A stretch of 64,000 bases of DNA from Chthoniobacteraceae bacterium (GTDB lineage Bacteria; Verrucomicrobiota; Verrucomicrobiia; Chthoniobacterales; Chthoniobacteraceae). The stretch spans positions 1 through 64,000 of the forward strand of contig JANNWY010000293.1 of NCBI GenBank assembly GCA_031409335.1. The letters run 5' to 3'. This document shows, piece by piece, positions 1 to 8,487 of this stretch; within the stretch, counting starts at the first letter, position 1, and each line of letters begins with the position of its first letter. Below the pieces are notes generated by a model. That model had not been told where the DNA came from and did not search any database. It worked only from the letters and a program-made list of their open reading frames with translations. Position numbers and translations under genes: made by a program.

Positions 1-2
1 GC

Positions 3-1199
3 CGCGAGCGTGGGAAGTATCTTTACCGGATCGCGCGGATCATTCAGGAGAAATCGCGCGAACTCGCCGTGCTCGAAACGATGGATGGCGGCAAGCCGAT
101 CAAGGAATCGCGCGACTTCGACCTGCCGCAGGTCGCCGCGCATTTCTTTTACTACGCGGGCTGGGCGGACAAACTCGACTACGCATTCCCCGGAAAAAAG
201 GCCGCGCCGGTCGGCGTGTGCGGACAGATCATTCCGTGGAATTTTCCGCTGCTGATGGCCGCGTGGAAACTCGCGCCCGCGCTCGCCTGCGGCAATACCG
301 TGGTCTTAAAACCCGCCGAGACGACGAGCATCACCGCGATGCATCTCGCGCAGATTTTGCAGGAGGCGGAGCTGCCGCCGGGCGTCGTGAATATCGTCAC
401 CGGCGCGGGCGAAACGGGTCGGGCACTCGTCGAGCATCCCGACGTGGATAAGATCGCATTCACCGGCTCGACCGATGTCGGCAAGTGGATCGCCAAAGCG
501 ACCGCGGGCACGAAAAAGAAGCTCACGCTCGAACTCGGTGGCAAGGCCGCGCATCTCGTTTTTGAGGACGCGCCGATCGATCAAGCCGTGGAGGGCGTCG
601 TCGCCGGCATCTTCTTCAATCAAGGCCACGTCTGCTGCGCCGGGTCGCGGCTGCTCGTGCAGGAATCGGTTTTCCCAGCCGTCCTGCGCCGCTTGCGCGA
701 CCGCATCCGAACGCTGCGCGTCGGTGATCCGCTGGATAAAAACACCGACATCGGCGCGATCAACTCGAAGCCGCAGCTCGAAAAAATCCGCCGCCTCGTG
801 GATGCGGGCGTGAGTGAGGGCGGCGAGCTAATCCAGCCGCGCTGCGCACTTCCTGAAAAGGGCTACTGGTTCCCACCGAGCCTCATCACCGGCGTCACCG
901 CGAGCCATCGCGTGGCGCAGGAGGAAATCTTCGGCCCCGTCCTGAGCGTGATGACTTTCCGCACGCCCGACGAAGCGATCGAGCGCGCGAACAACACGCC
1001 GTACGGCCTCAGCGCCGGCGTGTGGACGGACAAGGGCAGTAAGATTTTCAAGATGGTCGCGAAGCTCCGCGCCGGAGTCGTGTGGGCGAACACCTACAAC
1101 AAATTCGATCCCACCAGCCCGTTCGGCGGCTACAAGGAAAGCGGCTTCGGACGCGAAGGCGGCGTCCACGGGCTGATGCCTTACGTCCGCTTGCGATAG
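3..1199 (+). CDS. Aldehyde dehydrogenase (5'-truncated by window edge)
   Basis: Frame is open from position 3 ([28 protein letters not shown]). ALDH motifs [29 protein letters not shown] (catalytic Cys), EEIFGP and PFGGYKESG. Confidence 0.95.
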   Translation, partial: RERGKYLYRIARIIQEKSRELAVLETMDGGKPIKESRDFDLPQVAAHFFYYAGWADKLDYAFPGKKAAPVGVCGQIIPWNFPLLMAAWKLAPALACGNTVVLKPAETTSITAMHLAQILQEAELPPGVVNIVTGAGETGRALVEHPDVDKIAFTGSTDVGKWIAKATAGTKKKLTLELGGKAAHLVFEDAPIDQAVEGVVAGIFFNQGHVCCAGSRLLVQESVFPAVLRRLRDRIRTLRVGDPLDKNTDIGAINSKPQLEKIRRLVDAGVSEGGELIQPRCALPEKGYWFPPSLITGVTASHRVAQEEIFGPVLSVMTFRTPDEAIERANNTPYGLSAGVWTDKGSKIFKMVAKLRAGVVWANTYNKFDPTSPFGGYKESGFGREGGVHGLMPYVRLR

Positions 1200-1213
1200 T
1201 GCCGCCGGGCGCC

Positions 1214-2716
1214 ATGTCTGCCCCACTCCTCGAAGTCCGCGGCCTCGTAAAATCCTTCCCCGGCGTGCGTGCGCTGAAAGGCGTGAGCCTCTCGCTCGCG
1301 CGCGGCGACGTGCTCGCGGTGATCGGCGAAAATGGCGCGGGGAAAAGCACGCTGATGAAAATTCTCGCCGGCGTGCAGCGGCCCGACTCCGGCGAAATCC
1401 TGCTCGATGGCCGCGCGCTCGCGATCCGCTCCGTCCACGATGCGCTCGCGCACGGCATCGCGCTCATCCATCAGGAGCTGAATCTCGCCGACAATCTCAC
1501 CGTCGCCGCCAACCTCTTTCTCGGTCGCGAAAAACTCCGCTTCGGCCTTATCGACCGCGTCCGGCAGCGGCGCGAGGCGCGGCAATTTCTCGATGCCGTC
1601 GGCCTTCAGGTCGGCCCCGACACGCTCGTCAGCACGCTCACGATCGGGCATCAGCAGCTCGTGGAAATCGCGAAAGCGCTCTCGGTCGATGCGCGCGTGC
1701 TCATCATGGACGAGCCCACTTCCAGCCTCTCAGCGCGCGAGGCGGAGAATCTTTTCCGAGTCATCGGCGAGCTGCGCGCGAAAGGCGTCAGCATCATCTA
1801 CATCTCGCACCGGCTCGGCGAGGTGAAGACGCTCGCCGATCGCGTGACGGTGCTGCGCGACGGCGAAAACGCGGGTGATCTCGCGCGCGATGAAATCCAT
1901 CACGGCACGATGGTGAAACTGATGGTCGGTCGCGATCTCTCGCAATTTTACCCGCACGAACCGCACACGCCTGGCGACATAGTTTTCGAGGTGAAAGACC
2001 TGCGCACGCCCGCGCATCCGCGCCATCCGTTGAGCTTCAGCATTCGCGCGGGCGAGATCGTCGGCCTCGCCGGACTCGTCGGCGCGGGGCGCACCGAAAT
2101 ACTCGCGACCCTCTTCGGCGTTACCCCCGCGCTTGGCGGCATGATGCGCGTCGCGGGCCGCGAAATCACCCCGCAATCCCCGCGCGACGCCATCGCCGCC
2201 GGACTTGCCCTCGTCCCCGAGGATCGCAAAACGCAGGGCGTCATCCTCGAAATGGCCGTGCGCGACAACATCAGCCTCGCGAGCCTCCGCCGCGATTCAC
2301 GCGGTGGCTTTCTCGATCGAAAACGCGCCGCCGAACTCTCCGCCGAAATGATCCGCGAGATGCGGATCAAAACGCCGAGCGACCGCCAGATCGTGCAATT
2401 CCTCTCGGGCGGAAATCAGCAAAAAGTCGTGCTCGGAAAATGGCTCGCGCTCCGCCCGCGACTGCTCCTGCTCGATGAACCCACGCGCGGCATCGACGTC
2501 GGCGCAAAGCAGGAAATCTATCGCCTCATGGAAGACCTCGCGCGGCAGGGCATCGCGATCCTTTTCGTCTCCAGTGAGATGGAGGAAATCCTCGGCATGT
2601 CCGACCGCGTCCTCGTCATGCACGAAGGCCGCATCTCCGGGGAACTCACCCGCGGACAGCTCACTGAGGAAGCCGTGATGCACCTCGCGACCGGTCCGAC
2701 GCAGCCGCCGCGCTGA
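1214..2716 (+). CDS. Sugar ABC transporter ATP-binding protein (RbsA/MglA type, two NBDs)
   Basis: ATG at 1214 ([21 protein letters not shown]). Walker [16 protein letters not shown], second NBD with [15 protein letters not shown] and [14 protein letters not shown]. Confidence 0.95.
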   Translation: MSAPLLEVRGLVKSFPGVRALKGVSLSLARGDVLAVIGENGAGKSTLMKILAGVQRPDSGEILLDGRALAIRSVHDALAHGIALIHQELNLADNLTVAANLFLGREKLRFGLIDRVRQRREARQFLDAVGLQVGPDTLVSTLTIGHQQLVEIAKALSVDARVLIMDEPTSSLSAREAENLFRVIGELRAKGVSIIYISHRLGEVKTLADRVTVLRDGENAGDLARDEIHHGTMVKLMVGRDLSQFYPHEPHTPGDIVFEVKDLRTPAHPRHPLSFSIRAGEIVGLAGLVGAGRTEILATLFGVTPALGGMMRVAGREITPQSPRDAIAAGLALVPEDRKTQGVILEMAVRDNISLASLRRDSRGGFLDRKRAAELSAEMIREMRIKTPSDRQIVQFLSGGNQQKVVLGKWLALRPRLLLLDEPTRGIDVGAKQEIYRLMEDLARQGIAILFVSSEMEEILGMSDRVLVMHEGRISGELTRGQLTEEAVMHLATGPTQPPR

Positions 2717-3785
2717 TCGTTTCCAAAATCACGTCCGCGTAAATGCGGTGGCCGAAATCGTTCGGGTGATTGAGTCCGTTGCCGCTGAGATCGAGCGCGC
2801 CTTTTCGCTCCAGCAGTGCCGTCCAGATCGTGCCCACGTCGGCGATCGCGCAGCCCGGAGCAGCGAGCTTTTGCATCGCCGCAGCGTAGGCCGGATACAG
2901 CTCGGGTGAAGCGCGGTTCCATTCGGAATTTGCGTGCATCGGCGAGACGAGGATCGCGTCGCACTCGGGCCGCGCGGCGTGGAGCTGCTCGACGATCTGG
3001 CGCAGGGTCGCGGTGAATTGCTCCGCCGCGATTTTACCCGACGCGTCGTTCATTCCGAATGCGCAGATGAAAAGATCGGGCGCTTCCGCGAGCACCGCGG
3101 GAATCTGTTTCAAGCCCCAGTTTGCGCCCATGCCGATGACGGAAAGATTTTTCAATACGACCATCGCGCCGAAGCGTTTTTCCAATTCCTGCGCGACCAA
3201 ATCGGGATAACCCGGTTGCCGCGGCGGAGCGTCGCCGGTGAGCGACGCGTTGAGCCCGGTCGAGATGCTGTCGCCGAGCACGACGATCTTCACTGGCTCG
3301 CGCGCGGCGAGCCGGTTGCGGATGCGATCGAGCTGCGCGGCGGGCGCGGGCTTCGGGCTGGTCCACGATTCGGCAGCGGTGTAGCTCGCGACGGTTTGCA
3401 GATCGTGGAAAAAGCGGCCTTGCGCGTAGAGCATGTGCGATTTTCCATCGCGGAAACCATCGTAGGAATTTGGCGAGCCCGGCGCGGGATGCAGCTCGGC
3501 GGTGGTCTTGAAGGGAATCCGCGAATCGCGCGTCAGCACGATCGCACGAGTGCCTGCGGTCCACGCGAAATCACGGCCGTTTTCGTACACGATCTCGCGC
3601 GTCGCGCTCGTCAGCACAGGCGCGCTTTCCGGAATGACAAGCAGCGACGCCTTCGCCGTGGCCTCGTTTTCCGCCCGAATGAAAAAGAGGGAATCGCCCG
3701 CGATCGCCCGCGAATTCCAAACCGGCCCGGCGACGCAGGAGGAAAGCAGTGAGACGAAAAGGAGCGCGTGGGAAATCGGATTCAA
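2661..3785 (-). CDS. Secreted SGNH/GDSL hydrolase
   Basis: Signal-like N-terminus; SGNH blocks LGDSIS, FGMND and NHPNDFGH. Start (TTG) uncertain; 3' end overlaps the convergent ABC gene. Confidence 0.85.
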   Translation of the reverse strand: MNPISHALLFVSLLSSCVAGPVWNSRAIAGDSLFFIRAENEATAKASLLVIPESAPVLTSATREIVYENGRDFAWTAGTRAIVLTRDSRIPFKTTAELHPAPGSPNSYDGFRDGKSHMLYAQGRFFHDLQTVASYTAAESWTSPKPAPAAQLDRIRNRLAAREPVKIVVLGDSISTGLNASLTGDAPPRQPGYPDLVAQELEKRFGAMVVLKNLSVIGMGANWGLKQIPAVLAEAPDLFICAFGMNDASGKIAAEQFTATLRQIVEQLHAARPECDAILVSPMHANSEWNRASPELYPAYAAAMQKLAAPGCAIADVGTIWTALLERKGALDLSGNGLNHPNDFGHRIYADVILETISAAAASDRSRGASRLPQ

Positions 3786-3809
3786 GTTCTGATCGTTGTC
3801 GCGCAGCCG

Positions 3810-4595
3810 CTACTGGACTGCGAGCAGTTCCGCCACTTGCGCGCCGATATCGCCGGAGCGCATGAGCGCTTCGCCGACGAGGATCGCGTCGCAGCCGCAA
3901 GCGAAAACGCGCTGCGCATCGGCGCGCGTTTTCAGGCCGCTCTCACTGACGAGGATGATTCCGTCCGGCACTTCTTCGCTGAGTTTTTCTGTCGTGTTCA
4001 GATCGACCTCGAACGTCACGAGATTGCGATTGTTGATCCCGAGCAACTTCACGCCGAGATCGAGCGCCCGAAACAGTTCCTCCTCGGTATGCACCTCGAC
4101 CAGCACATCCATTTGCAACGTTTCCGCAACCCGGAAAAGCTGCGCGAGCTGCGCCTGCTCCAGCGCCGCGACGATGAGCAGCACCGCATCGGCGCCGGCG
4201 ACCGCAGCCTCGTAGAGTTGCACTTCGTGAATGATGAAATCCTTCCGCAAGCAAGGCAGCGCGACGGCTTTTCGGATCTGCGTGAGATAGCTGAGATGCC
4301 CCTGGAAAAACTGCTCGTCGGTCAGCACCGAAACGCAATCCGCGCCCGCTGCTTCATACTGCCGCGCGATCACGACGGGATCGAAATCCGCCGCGATCAC
4401 ACCCGCGCTTGGCGACGCCTTTTTCACCTCCGCGATCAGCCCGAGACGATCCGGCCCGTGATCGAGCCGTGCCGCGAAACCACGGAAATCATCGCGCTGC
4501 AAAGCCGCCGCGCGGAGCAGATCGGCCTTTGGCAAAAGGCGCGCGACTTCCTGCGCTTTGACGTCGAGAATTTGTTTGAGGCGGTCCGCTGGCAT
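3810..4595 (-). CDS. trpC: Indole-3-glycerol phosphate synthase
   Basis: Motifs LIAEVKKASPS, SVLTDEQFFQG, LRKDF, LVEVH, GINNRNL and VSESG. Start taken at MPADRL. Confidence 0.97.
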   Translation of the reverse strand: MPADRLKQILDVKAQEVARLLPKADLLRAAALQRDDFRGFAARLDHGPDRLGLIAEVKKASPSAGVIAADFDPVVIARQYEAAGADCVSVLTDEQFFQGHLSYLTQIRKAVALPCLRKDFIIHEVQLYEAAVAGADAVLLIVAALEQAQLAQLFRVAETLQMDVLVEVHTEEELFRALDLGVKLLGINNRNLVTFEVDLNTTEKLSEEVPDGIILVSESGLKTRADAQRVFACGCDAILVGEALMRSGDIGAQVAELLAVQ

Positions 4596-4695
4596 AAAAG
4601 ACCGCGACATTCCTGCCCTCACTCCATCGTGACAAGCGACAACTGCGCGGCGGATTTGCGCTTTTGCGCGGACCCGCCCGGGCTAACATCCGCGC

Positions 4696-5139
4696 ATGAA
4701 TCAATCGTCCGCCCTCGAAACTGCCCTCGCCTCCGGGAATCTCGCAGACATCCTCCGCGCCACGCTGGCCCATTTTCAATGCGACGCAGGCACGATCCAT
4801 CTGCTGAAAGAAGGCCAGCTCTCGCTCGCCGCGCACGTCAACATCCCACCGCCGATCGTGCAAATCGTGCAGACCGTCCCGCTCGGAAAAGGCATCGCCG
4901 GTCTGGCCGCCGAGCGCCGCGCACCCGTCTCGCTTTGCAACCTCCAAACCGACACCACCGGCCAGGCACGCCCTGCCGCCAAGACGACTGGAATGGAAGG
5001 TTCCGTCGCCGTGCCGATGCTGCGCGGCGAGACCCTTTCCGGCGTGCTCGGCATCGCGAAAGCGAAGGCGCACGACTGGACGGACGCGGAAAAAAGCGAT
5101 CTCCTGAAGATCGCCGGGCGCGTCGCCGCGGGGCTGTGA
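4696..5139 (+). CDS. Stand-alone GAF domain protein
   Basis: 147 aa; GAF-like pattern PLGKGIAGLAA...SVAVPM...GVLGI. Confidence 0.8.
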   Translation: MNQSSALETALASGNLADILRATLAHFQCDAGTIHLLKEGQLSLAAHVNIPPPIVQIVQTVPLGKGIAGLAAERRAPVSLCNLQTDTTGQARPAAKTTGMEGSVAVPMLRGETLSGVLGIAKAKAHDWTDAEKSDLLKIAGRVAAGL

Positions 5140-5157
5140 AGGGCCGGAAAAAACTGC

Positions 5158-5186
5158 TTGCGACCCCGGAACCGCCCTTCTACTTT
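5158..5186 (+). promoter_or_regulatory. sigma70-type promoter of tRNA-Gly
   Basis: TTGCGA (5158-5163), 17-nt spacer, TACTTT (5181-5186), 14 nt upstream of the tRNA. Confidence 0.65.
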
Positions 5187-5200
5187 CCGCCCGCTGAAAC

Positions 5201-5276
5201 GCGGGTGTAGCTCAGTTGGTAGAGCACTTCCTTGCCAAGGAAGATGTCGCGAGTTCGAGTCTCGTCACCCGCTCCA
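5201..5276 (+). tRNA. tRNA-Gly (GCC)
   Basis: Cloverleaf GCGGGTG...CACCCGC-T-CCA; anticodon arm CTTCC-TTGCCAA-GGAAG; T-loop GTTCGAG; encoded CCA. Confidence 0.98.
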
Positions 5277-5352
5277 GCCTTGCATTCATCAAGGTTTCGC
5301 GTCGGTGCGGTGGTCGGGTGGATGGACTTCACTCGATGGGCTGAAATAAACC

Positions 5353-5380
5353 TTGCGCATGTGAAATGGTCACTTAAACT
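5353..5380 (+). promoter_or_regulatory. sigma70-type promoter of tRNA-fMet
   Basis: TTGCGC (5353-5358), 16-nt spacer, TAAACT (5375-5380), just upstream of the tRNA. Confidence 0.6.
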
Positions 5381-5392
5381 TTGCACACAAAA

Positions 5393-5469
<77 letters not shown>

Positions 5470-5490
5470 CTTTACTATTCGGTAAAGTTT

Positions 5491-5520
5491 CCGGCTCTGA
5501 AGATGCCGAGTTTGTTTTTT
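5491..5520 (+). terminator. Possible weak intrinsic terminator after tRNA-fMet
   Basis: Short stem CGGC...GCCG followed by AGTTTGTTTTTT, between convergent transcription units. Confidence 0.3.
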
Positions 5521-5533
5521 ACCGAGTGGATTT

Positions 5534-6787
5534 TCACGCGTAGCGGTCGGGGGCGAGCAGGGTGAGGTCGAGGGTGGGGCGTTCTTCGTGCAGGATTTCG
5601 CACATTAGTTTTCCGGTGATCGGGCCGAGGCTGAGGCCCATCATGGCGTGGCCGGTGGCGGTGGAGAGGTTTTCGTAGGCGCGCAGTCTGCCGACGTAAG
5701 GCATGCCGTCTGGCGAGCAGGGGCGCAGACCGCTCCAGGGTTTGATGGCGGTAAAATCTTCGGTGGTGAACTCGGGAAAATAATCGGGGACGGCGTTCAC
5801 GATGCCGCGGATTCGGGCGGGATTGATGGTGTCGTTCAGGCCAGCGATTTCCATCGTGCCGCCAAAACGCAGCGTGCCATCCATCGGGGTGACGGCGACG
5901 CGGGCCTCGGTGAAGATCGCGCAGTGTTGGGGAAGTTGGCGCGGGTTTCTTAGGGTGAGCGAGTAGCCTTTCCCGGCCTGCATCGGCAGCGCGACGCGCA
6001 GATCTTTGGCGACGGCGGGCGACCATGCGCCGCCGCAGATCACGTATTCGTCGGCGAAAAAATCGCCGCTGCGGGTGTGGACGGCGTCGATGCGGCGATG
6101 CGTGACGCGGAAGCCGGTGACTTCCGTGGCGTAGGAAAACTTCGCGCCCATGCTTTCGAGATCGCGCTCGAGCCCGGCCATGAAGCGGCCGGGCGAGAGG
6201 TGGCAGTCTTGCGGGAAAAGGATCGCGCCGGCGACATCCATGCGGACATCGGGTTCGAGTGCGGCGAGCGCGGCGGGGTCGAGCACTTCGGCGGGGATGC
6301 CGAGATCGCGGGCGCGGGCGGCCATCTTCGCTTCGTCGTCGAGAGTGTGCTGCGTTTTGCAGAGCATGAGCAGGCCGCGTTTCACGAGGCCGAAATCATT
6401 TCCCGGCAACTCCGCGAGTTCCTCGAAACAGGCGCGGCTGGCGAAGGATAGATCGCGGATGAGCGGGGCGCAGCGGGCGACGTGTTCCGCGGTGGATGCG
6501 CGCCAAAATTTCCAGCCCCACGCGATGAGCCCGGGATCGAGCCGCGGTTTGATGTAAAAGGGCGACTCGGGATTCCACATCCATTTCAGCCCCATCGCGA
6601 CCATGCCCGGCGCGGCGAGCGGCGTGAAATGGCTGGGGACGATCATGCCCGCATTTCCGAAGGAGCAGCCGTCGCGCTGCGCGGGATTGCGGTCGAGGAT
6701 CGTCACGCGGCAGCCGCGTTTCGCGAGGTAATACGCGGTGCTGAGACCGATGACGCCGGCACCGATGACGAGGATGTGTTTTGACAT
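5534..6787 (-). CDS. dadA: D-amino acid dehydrogenase family FAD oxidoreductase
   Basis: ATG at 6787 (MSKHILVIGAGVIG, Rossmann fold); SFGNAG, GKGYS, WSGLRPCSPDG and ATGHAMMG motifs. Substrate not determinable. Confidence 0.88.
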   Translation of the reverse strand: MSKHILVIGAGVIGLSTAYYLAKRGCRVTILDRNPAQRDGCSFGNAGMIVPSHFTPLAAPGMVAMGLKWMWNPESPFYIKPRLDPGLIAWGWKFWRASTAEHVARCAPLIRDLSFASRACFEELAELPGNDFGLVKRGLLMLCKTQHTLDDEAKMAARARDLGIPAEVLDPAALAALEPDVRMDVAGAILFPQDCHLSPGRFMAGLERDLESMGAKFSYATEVTGFRVTHRRIDAVHTRSGDFFADEYVICGGAWSPAVAKDLRVALPMQAGKGYSLTLRNPRQLPQHCAIFTEARVAVTPMDGTLRFGGTMEIAGLNDTINPARIRGIVNAVPDYFPEFTTEDFTAIKPWSGLRPCSPDGMPYVGRLRAYENLSTATGHAMMGLSLGPITGKLMCEILHEERPTLDLTLLAPDRYA

Positions 6788-6877
6788 GCGTGAGGCGGCG
6801 ACCTTCGCGGATCGAACGCGTATGAACAATACCCGACCGTGACACCGCCGCGCGCATCTGCTCCACTCCGCGGCATT

Positions 6878-8416
6878 ATGAGCACTCTCTGGGATCGCTA
6901 TCGTCAATTTCTCGTCCGACACGATTCGCTTGGCTTCAGCGTCGATGTTTCGCGGATGCGGTTTGGCGATGATTTTTTCCCGCGCATGGAGCCGCTGGCG
7001 CAGCGCGCCTTCGCGCAAATGCAGAAGCTCGAAGCCGGTGAGCACGCGAATCCCGATGAGGACCGGATGGTCGGCCACTACTGGCTGCGCGCGCCGCAGC
7101 TTGCGCCTTCGCCGGATTTGAAGGCGGAGATTGTTTCGTGCAATGCGCTCATCCAGGCATTCGTCGCGCAGGTTCACGCGAGCGGGAAATTTTCCGACGT
7201 GCTGCTGATCGGCATCGGCGGCTCGGCGCTCGGGCCGCAATTCGTGAGCGATGCGCTCGGCACCGATGACGATCGGATGCGGCTCCACTTTTTCGACAAC
7301 ACCGATCCAGACGGCATCGACCGTGTGCTCACGCGGCTCCAGCACCGGCTCGATCACACGCTGGTCGTCGTCGTTTCAAAAAGCGGCAGCACGCCGGAGA
7401 CGCGCAATGGAATGCTCGAAGCGGAGGCGGCATTCACAAAAGCGGGCATCGACTTTGGCTCGCACGCCGTTGCCGTGACGGGCGATGGCTCGCAGCTCGA
7501 CAACCACGCCACGTCCGGCCGCTGGCTCGCGCGTTTCCCGATGTGGGACTGGATCGGCGGACGCACCTCGGTGATGAGCGCCGTCGGCCTCGTGCCGCTG
7601 TGGCTGCAAGGGCTCGACATGCAGGGCGTGCTGGATGGCGCGGCGGCGATGGATGCGTGGACGCGCGGCAGCGAGACGCTGAAAAATCCCGCGATGCTGG
7701 TCGCCCTCGCGTGGCACTTCGCGGGAAATGGGCGTGGCGAGAAAGACATGGTCGTGCTCCCCTACAAAGACCGGCTCGCGCTCTTCTCGAAATATCTCCA
7801 GCAGCTCGTAATGGAATCGCTCGGCAAGGAACTCGATCTCGATGGGAAAAAAGTGAACCAGGGCATCGCCGTTTATGGCAACAAAGGCTCGACCGATCAG
7901 CACGCCTACGTGCAGCAGCTCCGCGATGGCGTCGCGAATTTTTTCGCCACTTTCATCGAGGTGCGCAAAGGCCGCGCGGGCGCGGACATCGAAGTCGAGC
8001 CCGGCGTGACGAGCGGTGATTTTCTCCAGGGCTTCCTGCGCGGGACGCGCGCCGCGCTTTACGACAACGGGCGCGACTCGATCACCGTCAGCATTCCCGC
8101 CGTCACGCCCGTCACCGTCGGCGCGCTCATCGCGTTGTATGATCGCGCGGTCGGCTTTTACGGATCGCTGGTGAATGTGAACGCGTATCACCAGCCCGGC
8201 GTCGAGGCTGGGAAAAAGGCCGCGGCTTCCGTGCTGCGCACGCTCGGTGCGACCGCGGATGCGCTCAAGGTCGAGCCGCAGACCGCGGAGCAAATCGCGA
8301 CCGCCATCACTGCTGATCCCGAGGCGGTGTATCACGCGCTCATCCACCTCGCGGCGAATGGTCGGGCGAAGTCCGTGCCGGGCCTCACAGCTGGGGCGGA
8401 TGCGTTTTCGCGATAG
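6878..8416 (+). CDS. pgi: Glucose-6-phosphate isomerase
   Basis: Motifs [44 protein letters not shown] and [10 protein letters not shown]. Confidence 0.97.
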   Translation: MSTLWDRYRQFLVRHDSLGFSVDVSRMRFGDDFFPRMEPLAQRAFAQMQKLEAGEHANPDEDRMVGHYWLRAPQLAPSPDLKAEIVSCNALIQAFVAQVHASGKFSDVLLIGIGGSALGPQFVSDALGTDDDRMRLHFFDNTDPDGIDRVLTRLQHRLDHTLVVVVSKSGSTPETRNGMLEAEAAFTKAGIDFGSHAVAVTGDGSQLDNHATSGRWLARFPMWDWIGGRTSVMSAVGLVPLWLQGLDMQGVLDGAAAMDAWTRGSETLKNPAMLVALAWHFAGNGRGEKDMVVLPYKDRLALFSKYLQQLVMESLGKELDLDGKKVNQGIAVYGNKGSTDQHAYVQQLRDGVANFFATFIEVRKGRAGADIEVEPGVTSGDFLQGFLRGTRAALYDNGRDSITVSIPAVTPVTVGALIALYDRAVGFYGSLVNVNAYHQPGVEAGKKAAASVLRTLGATADALKVEPQTAEQIATAITADPEAVYHALIHLAANGRAKSVPGLTAGADAFSR

Positions 8417-8487
8417 GGCGAAGGTGCGGGTCGCGGCACCGACTTTACGTTTGCCCAGAGTGCGGTAGTCTCGCCGCCCTTTTACCC

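Noticed and set aside
4696..5139. GAF protein as free methionine-R-sulfoxide reductase (MsrC)
   Set aside because: It has GKGIAG where MsrC has the catalytic GVCG, so it is left as a generic GAF protein.
3768..5210. Long alternative-frame or antisense ORFs (this one, also 11236-13146, 32353-34236, 40531-42864, 57487-59751, 62059-63906)
   Set aside because: Shadows of well-supported genes caused by high-GC codon bias; no recognisable motifs.
5277..5340. Possible integration site or island boundary at the tRNA-Gly 3' end (small hairpin CCTTG...CAAGG)
   Set aside because: No integrase, and I saw no duplicated tRNA 3' end elsewhere in the window.
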